64,000 nucleotides of DNA from Candidatus Parcubacteria bacterium (GTDB lineage Bacteria; Patescibacteriota; Microgenomatia; UBA12405), in contig JAEWUV010000006.1 of NCBI GenBank assembly GCA_023396915.1, positions 21,129-85,128 on the forward strand, written 5' to 3'. How positions within the stretch are numbered: the stretch's first letter is position 1; the number at the start of each line of letters is the position of its first letter. This document shows positions 17,372 through 25,857 of the stretch, one piece after another. The position numbers were made by a program, and so were the translations under genes. Below the pieces are notes generated by a model. The model had not been told where the DNA came from. It ran no database searches and saw only the letters and a program-made list of their open reading frames with translations.

Positions 17372-19708
17372 ATGTTCAAAAAAATAAAAAAAAGAGATGG
17401 AAGAGTGGTTAAATTTGATTCGAGTAAAATTAAATTGGCAATTCAAAAAGCAGGTAGGGTTACCGGTGAATTTGATGAGAGAATAGCTTTGAAATTGAGC
17501 GTAAAAGTATTAGATTTAGCTGAGGAAAAAATTACAAATAAAATCCCAAAAGTTGAAGAATTGCAGGATGTTGTGGAAGAGGTGTTGTTGGATTCGAAAT
17601 ATAAAAAAACAGCTAAAGAATATATTACCTATAGACAAGAAAGAACACAAATTAGGGAAGCTAAGGCAAATTTGATGCAGGTTTATAAAACAATTGCTTT
17701 GGCTCAGGCAGAAGAAGACAGTGATGTAAAACGGGGTAATGCTAATGTTGATGGCGATACGGCGATGGGAAAAATGTTACAATTTGGAGCTGAAGGAAGT
17801 AAAGAATTTGCCAAAAAATTTTTGATGAAACCAGAACATGCAGTGGCGCACGATAATGGGGATATTCATATTCATGATTTGGATTTTTGGGCCACAGGGA
17901 CGTTGACTTGTTGTCAATCTGACCCGTTAGTTTTATTTGAAAAAGGATTTAATACTGGTCATGGTTTTTTAAGAACACCAAATTCTATTGGTAGTTATGC
18001 GGCATTGGCGGCAATATTGTTACAAGCGAATCAAAATGAACAACATGGGGGGCAGTCTATTCCAAATTTTGATTATGCTATGGCGCCGGGGGTGTTGAAG
18101 ACTTTTAGAAAAAGTTTAGTGAGTAACATTTTAAAATCAATTGATTTTATTTTTAGTAAAAGTATTGAGAAACAAGTGATAAAACAAATTGTTGTTGAGA
18201 TTGAAGAAAAAAATAAATTAACTTTCCCAGAATTGTCCAAGGATTTTTTGAAAAGTTTAAAAAGTTTAGTAAAGAAAAAAATAAAAGAAGATTTAACGTT
18301 TAAACAATTAAATAAGATTGTTGAACTTTCGGTTAAAGATACTGAAGAACAAACAAATCAAGCGATGGAGGGATTGATTCACAACTTGAATACCATGCAT
18401 TCTCGGGCTGGAGCTCAGGTGCCATTTACTTCAATTAACTTTGGGACAGATACTACAGCTGAAGGGCGATTGGTTTCAAAAGCTTTTTTAAAGGCGACTA
18501 TGAATGGGTTAGGAAAAGGAGAAACGCCAATTTTCCCTATCTCAATTTTTAAAGTGAAAGAAGGAATAAATTATAATCCGACGGATCCTAATTATGATCT
18601 ATTTAAGCAATCAATGGAAGTTTCGAGTAAAAGATTGTTTCCTAATTTTGTGTTTGTGGACGCACCATTTAATTTAAAATATTACAAACCAGGTGATTAT
18701 CGAACAGAAATTGCCACCATGGGGTGTAGAACTCGGGTGTTTGGATCGGTATTTCCTGAAAGTGATGGAATTGCCACTAGGAGAGGAAATTGTTCGTTTA
18801 CGACAATAAATTTGCCTAGAATTGGGATAAAACATGGAGTTGATTGGGATGGGTTTTATAAAGAATTAGATGAAAAGATGGATTTAGTGGCTAACCAATT
18901 ATTGGAGAGATTTGAGTTTCAAGGTGAAAGGCGAGTAAGAAATTTTCCATTTTTGATGGGGCAAGGAAATTGGATGGGAAGTGAAAAATTAGGTCCTGAC
19001 GACAAATTAAAAGATGTAATTAAACATGGAACTTTGTCGATTGGTTTTATTGGTTTGGCAGAAACTTTAGTGGCAATGACCGGAAAACATCACGGAGAAT
19101 CGGTTGAGTCCCAAAAAAATGGTTTGGAAATAATTGGATTTATGAGAAAAAAATGTGATGAATTGATGAAGAGATATAATTTGAATTTTAGTTTGTTAGC
19201 AACTCCGGCCGAAGGTTTGTCAGGACGATTTACAAAAATGGATAAAAAAGAATTTGGGGTGATTAAGGGAGTAACTGATCGGGAATTCTATACTAACTCT
19301 TTTCATGTGCCGGTCTACTTCCCTCTTGGAGCTTTTGAAAAAATTGAAATTGAAGCGCCGTATCATGATTTGTGTAATGCTGGACATATTACTTATGTGG
19401 AGTTAGACGGTAATTTGAGTAATAATATTGATGCTTTTGAGGCGGTAGTACGAAAAATGAAAGAATCAGGAGTCGGTTATGGCAGTATTAACCACCCGGT
19501 TGATAGAGATCCGGTATGTGGTTTTAGTGGAATTATAGATGGTGATACTTGTCCGTCCTGTGGCAGAAAAGAGTTTAACAATGGAGTCGGTTTTGAAAGA
19601 TTGAGAAGAATTACCGGTTATTTGGTGGGGTCATTAGAGCGGTGGAATGATGCCAAAAAAGCTGAAGAAAAAGCCAGGGTTAAGCATTCCGTAAAATTTA
19701 AAAATTGA
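17372..19708 (+). CDS. nrdD: anaerobic ribonucleoside-triphosphate reductase (class III)
   Basis: N-terminal ATP-cone (KRDGRVVKFDSSKI). C-terminal Zn motif CPSCG. Glycyl radical motif RITGYLVGSL. Confidence 0.9.
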   Translation: MFKKIKKRDGRVVKFDSSKIKLAIQKAGRVTGEFDERIALKLSVKVLDLAEEKITNKIPKVEELQDVVEEVLLDSKYKKTAKEYITYRQERTQIREAKANLMQVYKTIALAQAEEDSDVKRGNANVDGDTAMGKMLQFGAEGSKEFAKKFLMKPEHAVAHDNGDIHIHDLDFWATGTLTCCQSDPLVLFEKGFNTGHGFLRTPNSIGSYAALAAILLQANQNEQHGGQSIPNFDYAMAPGVLKTFRKSLVSNILKSIDFIFSKSIEKQVIKQIVVEIEEKNKLTFPELSKDFLKSLKSLVKKKIKEDLTFKQLNKIVELSVKDTEEQTNQAMEGLIHNLNTMHSRAGAQVPFTSINFGTDTTAEGRLVSKAFLKATMNGLGKGETPIFPISIFKVKEGINYNPTDPNYDLFKQSMEVSSKRLFPNFVFVDAPFNLKYYKPGDYRTEIATMGCRTRVFGSVFPESDGIATRRGNCSFTTINLPRIGIKHGVDWDGFYKELDEKMDLVANQLLERFEFQGERRVRNFPFLMGQGNWMGSEKLGPDDKLKDVIKHGTLSIGFIGLAETLVAMTGKHHGESVESQKNGLEIIGFMRKKCDELMKRYNLNFSLLATPAEGLSGRFTKMDKKEFGVIKGVTDREFYTNSFHVPVYFPLGAFEKIEIEAPYHDLCNAGHITYVELDGNLSNNIDAFEAVVRKMKESGVGYGSINHPVDRDPVCGFSGIIDGDTCPSCGRKEFNNGVGFERLRRITGYLVGSLERWNDAKKAEEKARVKHSVKFKN

Positions 19709-20196
19709 TGAATCAAATTAGATTAGCTAGTGAAATTGAGACCGATAATGTGGTTAATGGTGATGGCTTGAGAGCTGTAATTTGGTGTCAGGGTTGTAGA
19801 CTTCGTTGCAAGGGGTGCCATAATCCTGAAACTTGGGATGAAAAAGGTGGAACTTTGGTGGATGTTGATGAGATTAAAGGAAAATTAAAAAAAATAAAAG
19901 GTCAAAACGGTTTGACATTTTGTGGTGGTGAACCGATGTTACAACCACTAGTTTGTAAAGAAATAAGTGAGTGGGTAAAAAAAGAATTGGGCTGGTCAGT
20001 GTGGTCGTTTACTGGATATTTATATGAAGATATAAAAAAAGAAGGTGGTGATAGATGGGAGTTTTTGAAGACTTTGGACGTTTTAATTGATGGTCCTTTT
20101 ATATTAGCTGAAAAAGATTTAAGTATTAAATTTAGAGGGTCACGAAATCAAAGATTAATAAGATTGAGTAAAGGTGAAATTTTATCTATTGAATAG
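19705..20196 (+). CDS. nrdG: anaerobic RNR activating protein
   Basis: Radical SAM motif CQGCRLRCKGCHN. Overlaps the nrdD stop by 4 nt. Confidence 0.9.
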   Translation: MMNQIRLASEIETDNVVNGDGLRAVIWCQGCRLRCKGCHNPETWDEKGGTLVDVDEIKGKLKKIKGQNGLTFCGGEPMLQPLVCKEISEWVKKELGWSVWSFTGYLYEDIKKEGGDRWEFLKTLDVLIDGPFILAEKDLSIKFRGSRNQRLIRLSKGEILSIE

Positions 20197-20211
20197 GATA
20201 TAATTAAATAT

Positions 20212-20631
20212 ATGCAATGGTATATAGCGGCGGCTTTGTCAGCAATATTTGCCGCTTTAACATCAATTTTGGCTAAAATTGGGATTAAAGATGTAAATAG
20301 TAATTTGGCTACAGCTATTAGAACTTCTTTTGTATTAATGATTACTTGGGGAATCGCTTTTTGGCAGGGTGGAGTTTCGGGGATCAGTAGTATCTCAAAA
20401 AATAGTTGGGTATTTTTAATTTTGTCGGCAGTGGCTACTGGTTTGTCTTGGGTATTTTATTTTTATGCTTTGAAAGTTGGTGAGGCCAGTAAAGTAGCAC
20501 CGATTGATAAAATGAGTTTAGTATTAACAATTTTGTTTGCGGCGTTGATTTTAGGGGAAAAGATTACTTGGGCAAAGGCGGTGGGAGCATTGTTAATGAC
20601 GGGTGGAGTCTTGATAATTGCGTTGTTTTAA
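20212..20631 (+). CDS. EamA/DMT-like small membrane transporter
   Basis: Four predicted TM helices with an EamA-like pattern (ILAKIGIK..., GEKITWAKAVGALLMTGGVLIIALF). Confidence 0.55.
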   Translation: MQWYIAAALSAIFAALTSILAKIGIKDVNSNLATAIRTSFVLMITWGIAFWQGGVSGISSISKNSWVFLILSAVATGLSWVFYFYALKVGEASKVAPIDKMSLVLTILFAALILGEKITWAKAVGALLMTGGVLIIALF

Positions 20632-20813
20632 ATTTGGGTGGTGGAAGAAGTGGCTTCAGTTGTTGGAATTTGGGTGGGGAGAATTAATTCTTGGTTTTCG
20701 AGACGATTAAGGACTGTCCAGTCAATACTTTTATAAGAAATAATACCGGCGATTATTAATAAGATGAATAAAATAGTAAGAATAATTGGCCCAAAAATGT
20801 CTTTGTTTTTCAT
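20628..20813 (-). CDS. small single-TM protein (61 aa)
   Basis: One hydrophobic helix. Last gene of the minus-strand envelope operon. Weak call. Confidence 0.3.
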   Translation of the reverse strand: MKNKDIFGPIILTILFILLIIAGIISYKSIDWTVLNRLENQELILPTQIPTTEATSSTTQI

Positions 20814-20814
20814 A

Positions 20815-22146
20815 TTACTTAATTCTATTGATGGTATAAATGGTTGGATAATATAAAAAGATTGCTGGAGATTCTTCTAATAGGTAGGTTTGGAAGTCTT
20901 GATATATTTTCTTGCGTTCGATTTGATCGCTGGTTTGACGACCTTCTTCTAGAAGTTTATCGATGCGGGCGTCGTTAAGTTTAGTAATATTAGTATTAAC
21001 TTGGGTTGAATGCCAAAAAAGGTATTGGTCTGGATCTTTGGTGATAGCGCCATAGGTTAATAATGTCTCATAATCGTTAATGTTTATTTGGTTTTCAATC
21101 GAAATTGATACGGGGATACCAAATGTTTCTTGCCATGAAGTTTTGATACTTTCAGCAACAGAAAGTAACTCGCGGTTGTTAACACTTAGGTTAAGATGGT
21201 CAATTTTTTCATCCCCCAATAATTCTTTGGCTCTAGTTTTATTGTAATTATATTCTTTAATATCCGGATTGTAGGCCCATGAGGTGGGAGAGATTGGACC
21301 AAGGCAGCGTTCATTTTTATCTCCTTTTGTGGTTGAATAGGCTAGGGCTTGGCGAATTTGTCGATTACTAATTTTTTGGGTATTGATAAAAATAGCTACG
21401 TATTTTTCATTAGTTTCTATTTTTTTACTGATGTTTAAGTTTTTCCAAGTAGTTAGTTCTTGTGGTAACGAATTAATCCGAATTTCGTCGACATTGCCTA
21501 TTTTAAAAGCATGGACAACATCGTTTTGGTTGAAAAAAAAGTAATATTTTATTGGATTTAAGTCTTTGTGGCGTGGTTTTAAGTAAATAGTTTTTATATA
21601 ACCTTCTTGATAAGTAACCTTAGTAACGGAATATTCCCCTAGCCCATTAAAATTTTTTTTGATTAAAGGTTGACTTAGCAAAGCCAGAATTGGTTCAAAA
21701 GCGGATTCTGATGATATTTTAATACTGTACTGAGATAGTGGAGTAATAGAAACGCCGTCTATTTTATAATTAATATCATAAGCAGTTAGATTTTTTCCAT
21801 TACTCCAGTAAATATTATTTTTAAGATTAAAAATATAGTCTTTATTTTCGTTTTGGATATCAAGACTATCAACAATCTGAGAAATTTCTGGTTTTTGATT
21901 TTCTGAAAGAGTCATTAGCCCAAAACTTATTTTTTGAGAAATTTCGTCAGGAAGTGTGTCGACAGTATATCTGCCTTCGAGACCTATGATTTTGGTATGC
22001 CAAGAAGGCTGATTATAAATGGAAACTATTTGGTTTTTAAAAATAAATGCAGCTGTAATTATCAAAAAAATAACGGTAGCAATGAGCCAGTGTTTTTTGA
22101 GATATATCCAAAGAATTTCTAGCTTAAAATGAATTTTAGTAAACAC
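20815..22146 (-). CDS. membrane-anchored solute-binding-protein family 5-like protein
   Basis: N-terminal TM anchor. The C-terminal half looks like SBP_bac_5 (YSTTKGDKNER..., AIFLYYPTIYTINR). No adjacent ABC permease or ATPase. Confidence 0.45.
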   Translation of the reverse strand: MFTKIHFKLEILWIYLKKHWLIATVIFLIITAAFIFKNQIVSIYNQPSWHTKIIGLEGRYTVDTLPDEISQKISFGLMTLSENQKPEISQIVDSLDIQNENKDYIFNLKNNIYWSNGKNLTAYDINYKIDGVSITPLSQYSIKISSESAFEPILALLSQPLIKKNFNGLGEYSVTKVTYQEGYIKTIYLKPRHKDLNPIKYYFFFNQNDVVHAFKIGNVDEIRINSLPQELTTWKNLNISKKIETNEKYVAIFINTQKISNRQIRQALAYSTTKGDKNERCLGPISPTSWAYNPDIKEYNYNKTRAKELLGDEKIDHLNLSVNNRELLSVAESIKTSWQETFGIPVSISIENQININDYETLLTYGAITKDPDQYLFWHSTQVNTNITKLNDARIDKLLEEGRQTSDQIERKKIYQDFQTYLLEESPAIFLYYPTIYTINRIK

Positions 22147-22155
22147 GTTTTTGGT

Positions 22156-22365
22156 TTAGATTAAAGTTTGAATAATGGAAGAAATGATAAAAATAACGAT
22201 AATAAAAATTGTTAAATTAAACATAATTTTTTCCCAACCACGTTTTTGCGGAGCTGGTGACATTAAGTTGGAGCGGGATTCACTGTCGCCATTTGTTTGA
22301 AGAAAAACAAGACCGGCCAGAACTATAGACAGAATAATTTGAATTATGATGAGAGCTGTTTTCAT
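22156..22365 (-). CDS. secG: SecG-like preprotein translocase subunit
   Basis: 69 aa with two TM helices and a LAGLVFLQTNG motif, like SecG (LxxLxQxxKG). Confidence 0.5.
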   Translation of the reverse strand: MKTALIIIQIILSIVLAGLVFLQTNGDSESRSNLMSPAPQKRGWEKIMFNLTIFIIVIFIISSIIQTLI

Positions 22366-22781
22366 TGTTTAACTTTTTTCTTAATAATTAATGTAAATAG
22401 ATTTAGAAAGAAACCTATGGTGATTGAAGTGACTAGGTAGGCAAAAAAGCCTGAAAAGTTTAATTGTGGAATATTTATTCCCAAGACAGACGTTTCTGGA
22501 GTGTGAATATTTTTTATGTAAAAGTCGGAAAAAATGAACACTGCCAAATAAAGTCCAACTACATCGATAATGGCACGAAAAAGACCTAGGGTAAGGATAT
22601 TTATGGGGAAAAGAATAATTTTTAGTATTGGTTTGATGATAATTTCAAAAATAGATAAAAGAAATCCGGTTTTGATTATGGTCCATGGGATGTTGATAAA
22701 TTCTAAGTTACCCCAAATTTGATTAGCGGTGATTAAACTGAAAGTGATGAGGAGAGTTAATTTAGCGATTTTTTTTATCAT
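22362..22781 (-). CDS. 4-TM membrane protein, 'phage holin 4_2'-like family (paralog of 7257-7592)
   Basis: Shares the IIKPILKIILFPINILTLGLF core with the ORF at 7257-7592. Confidence 0.5.
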   Translation of the reverse strand: MIKKIAKLTLLITFSLITANQIWGNLEFINIPWTIIKTGFLLSIFEIIIKPILKIILFPINILTLGLFRAIIDVVGLYLAVFIFSDFYIKNIHTPETSVLGINIPQLNFSGFFAYLVTSITIGFFLNLFTLIIKKKVKQ

Positions 22782-24522
22782 GATTTTTCTTTTTTATTAT
22801 ACCGCCAAGGCCAATTAAAGTGGCGATTGAAGCGATAATTATGGTCCAGTGAAGATAAAATTGATAAAGGGGTATCTTAAAACTAATATTTTGATTGTTA
22901 TACTCTAAGTTGATTTTGTAAGTATTTAAGTTTAGAGAATTTAGAAAACTAAAGTTTGGAAATGTGTTTTCGATTGAAGACAATGGAGGGATTAGTGTAA
23001 TTTCTTGTTTAAAGTTAATGGACTTTATTGATAAAAATAATTTTGAGGCTGAATTGTAGTTAGGGTTAGTAATTTTGATTTTTGGAGTTTGGAAAGCCTT
23101 AGAAATAGTTTTTACGACTAAAGGAGTCATCTCATTTTTAAGTTCGTTTTTGGCAAATTCTACATTAATAGTTTTGATGTTTTGTCTGTTTTTATATCCG
23201 CCTGCTGAAATAGGCTGTTGACTGTCAATGCCATGAAAAACAAAGGCGAAATGATTGGGATCAAGATCATTAAAATAATCGATACCATTGGTGGTTTTTT
23301 CCCAAGTCGGGTCAACCGAAATCCAAGCTTTTTTTGAAGTGTCATAATATTGTGGCCAAGCATGGAGGATATCAGTATTGATGTTTATGGGTTTTATCTT
23401 GGTATTGTTACTGTAAGCGAAACCTTCAACTTCTCGGGCGGGTATACCCTTGATACGACATAGAGTGATAAAAAGATCAGTAAATTCGGTGCATAAAACA
23501 GAGTTTGGGAAGGTAACAGCCATAGTGGCTCCCTGACGAATTGAAGTGTCGTAATCATCGGTTTTATAACTTAAAGTGTTAACGACATATCGATAGATAT
23601 CTTTGACATTCTTTAATTGGTTGGCAATTTGGATTAAAGATGGATCGTTAGTTTCCCAAAATATATCTGATGTAGTGTATTGTTGTGGTTTAATGTCGGC
23701 ATAATTTAGATTTGTATGAATAATTTTGGCTTGACCGTCAATGTTAATTTCTAATTCTTGGTTGGGGTTCAATTCGTAAGAGGCCAGGTAGTTGCCATCA
23801 GGGTCAATGTTAATATTTTTTGGGGCTGGAATAATTGATCTGTAGGTAATTTTTTGGGAAGTGGTTTCTGGGGGGAAGGCAACAGAAAGGGTTTGTTTTT
23901 CAGAAGAACTGTTTTCTAAAAAATACTTAAATTTAAAATCAAAGAGTTGGTAATCACCAAATATTAGAAGAATTTTTGAAGTGGATATATTTTGAAAATA
24001 AAGTTCGGTTTGGTTATTGAGAAATATATTTTTTTGAGGCGGAGCGGAAGTGAAAGATAGATTGCCAAAACTTGAAGGAACAGTAATAGTAATTTCTGTT
24101 TGGGAGGCATATCCAGATGATTGGTTTTCAGGTAGAGCAATTTCCCAAGTATTTCCTTTGTTTTGAGCTAAAGTTTTTATATTGTAATTGAGTTTAAATT
24201 TAGTGGTTTTATTTTTACCGGTATTTTCTTGGTTAAAAACAATATTAATTGTGGTTGATTCGTTTTGTTGGTCAATGCTTTTAATGATATTACCTAAATT
24301 ATCTGAACCGGTGATGTTTTCTATTTGATTTGAAGATAGAGTAATTTGGTACTCTTTTGGGTAAATTTGAGAATAGTTATTAGTTAGTTCTATTTGTTGA
24401 GTAACAGTGGCATTGCCAGAGTTGTCAATTTGATATTGAATTTGTTGAGAGATATTAAATTCGTTGGCGGCAAAAATAGATTTGGGAATGAGAAAAAATA
24501 AGATTAGAAACAGATAAAACAT
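22762..24522 (-). CDS. secreted/membrane-anchored transglutaminase-like cysteine protease domain protein
   Basis: N-terminal signal peptide. Transglutaminase-like core LCTEFTDLFITLCRIKGIPAREVEGFAY...HAWPQYY...WISVDPTWE (Cys-His-Asp). C-terminal TM anchor. Confidence 0.65.
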   Translation of the reverse strand: MFYLFLILFFLIPKSIFAANEFNISQQIQYQIDNSGNATVTQQIELTNNYSQIYPKEYQITLSSNQIENITGSDNLGNIIKSIDQQNESTTINIVFNQENTGKNKTTKFKLNYNIKTLAQNKGNTWEIALPENQSSGYASQTEITITVPSSFGNLSFTSAPPQKNIFLNNQTELYFQNISTSKILLIFGDYQLFDFKFKYFLENSSSEKQTLSVAFPPETTSQKITYRSIIPAPKNINIDPDGNYLASYELNPNQELEINIDGQAKIIHTNLNYADIKPQQYTTSDIFWETNDPSLIQIANQLKNVKDIYRYVVNTLSYKTDDYDTSIRQGATMAVTFPNSVLCTEFTDLFITLCRIKGIPAREVEGFAYSNNTKIKPININTDILHAWPQYYDTSKKAWISVDPTWEKTTNGIDYFNDLDPNHFAFVFHGIDSQQPISAGGYKNRQNIKTINVEFAKNELKNEMTPLVVKTISKAFQTPKIKITNPNYNSASKLFLSIKSINFKQEITLIPPLSSIENTFPNFSFLNSLNLNTYKINLEYNNQNISFKIPLYQFYLHWTIIIASIATLIGLGGIIKKKNHDKKNR

Positions 24523-24573
24523 GAGTAGTTTACTATAACATTAAATTTGTCTAATTGACTTCGGGTATTATTC

Positions 24574-25215
24574 GTGTATATTAAATTTATGGCAACCACA
24601 TTATATAAAAGACAGAAGCAAATTTTAGATTATATTGACAAAAATATTGAGGATTACGGTTATGCCCCGACATTGACGGAAATCGCACAACATTTTGGGT
24701 TGTCTTCTTTGTCGACGGTTCATGAACATTTGGCGGTGTTAGAAAAAAAAGGATTAATCAGACGTTATAAAGGTGCAGTTAGAGGTATAGAGGTTTTGCA
24801 AAAAGAGACTGAAGAAATAGCCGGAATGGCGGCAATGATAGAGTTGCCGGTTTTGGGTTTTATTGCCTGTGGTGAACCGATTGAACCATATACTGATCCG
24901 AATGCTACTTTGGCAGTAAATAGTAATCTGGTTAGACCGGGTGATAAATCTTTTGTACTTCAAGCCAAAGGAGACTCGATGATTGACGATGGAATATTAA
25001 GTGGTGATTATGTGGTGGTCAAAGAACAACGCAATGCTTATGATGGGGACATTGTAGTGGCGGTTTTGAAAAATGGATTTGCTACATTAAAAAGATTTTA
25101 CAAAGAAGCGACCAGAATTAGGCTTCAACCAGCAAATTCGACCATGTCCCCTATTTATGTAAGAGATGTGGAAATACGGGGGAAAGTAGTAGCAGTGATT
25201 AGACAATTTAATTAG
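24574..25215 (+). CDS. lexA: LexA repressor
   Basis: N-terminal wHTH (LTEIAQHFGLSSLSTVHEHL). Cleavage-site region and S24 peptidase motif GDSMIDDGI...VAVLKNGFATLKRF (Ser/Lys dyad). Confidence 0.85.
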   Translation: MYIKFMATTLYKRQKQILDYIDKNIEDYGYAPTLTEIAQHFGLSSLSTVHEHLAVLEKKGLIRRYKGAVRGIEVLQKETEEIAGMAAMIELPVLGFIACGEPIEPYTDPNATLAVNSNLVRPGDKSFVLQAKGDSMIDDGILSGDYVVVKEQRNAYDGDIVVAVLKNGFATLKRFYKEATRIRLQPANSTMSPIYVRDVEIRGKVVAVIRQFN

Positions 25216-25218
25216 AGT

Positions 25219-25857
25219 ATGTTGTATATAATAGCGACACCGATTGGGAATCTAAAAGATATTACTGTAAGGGCAATGGAAACTTTGGAAAAGGTGGAAT
25301 ATTTGTTGTGTGAGGATACGAGAAACACAGGGTTGTTGTTGAAAAATTTAGGAATTAAAAATAAACCAAAATTAATTTCTTTTTATGATGAAGTGGAAGA
25401 TCAAAAAATTCCAGAAATAATAAATTTATTAAAAGAAAATAAAGAAGTTGGGTTGGTGACAGATGCTGGAACTCCAATAATCTCGGATCCGGGATGGAAA
25501 TTAATTAAAAAATGCCAAGGTTTAGGGATTAGTTATACGTCTTTGCCTGGAGCGTGTGCGGCAATTAATGGAGCAGTTTTGTCGGGCTTGCCGGTTGGAA
25601 GATTTTCTTTTTTGGGATTTTTGTCAAAAAAAGATGGTGAGAGAAAAAAGATTTTGGAAAAATATAAAAGTATCGATGGAGCAAAAATTGTTTATGAATC
25701 TCCTTTTCGGGTGGAAAAGTTAGTAGAGCAAATTAGACAAGTTTATGGAGGTGAAGTGCAAATAAAAATTATTCGGGAAATGACTAAAAAGTTTGAAGAA
25801 GTTTTGGAGACAACTAGTAAAAATATTAAGGGTGAAATAACGGTTATTTTTTGCTAA
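25219..25857 (+). CDS. rsmI: 16S rRNA (cytidine1402-2'-O)-methyltransferase
   Basis: Tetrapyrrole-methylase fold N-terminus YIIATPIGNLKDITVRA...CEDTRNTGLLL, typical of RsmI. Confidence 0.8.
   Translation: MLYIIATPIGNLKDITVRAMETLEKVEYLLCEDTRNTGLLLKNLGIKNKPKLISFYDEVEDQKIPEIINLLKENKEVGLVTDAGTPIISDPGWKLIKKCQGLGISYTSLPGACAAINGAVLSGLPVGRFSFLGFLSKKDGERKKILEKYKSIDGAKIVYESPFRVEKLVEQIRQVYGGEVQIKIIREMTKKFEEVLETTSKNIKGEITVIFC

Noticed and set aside
24716-24725. Perfect palindrome GTTCATGAAC reminiscent of a Cheo/LexA box
   Set aside because: It lies inside the lexA coding sequence (codons V-H-E-H) with the half-sites inverted relative to GAAC-N4-GTTC. It is most likely coincidental. No canonical SOS box was found in the 51-bp lexA upstream region.
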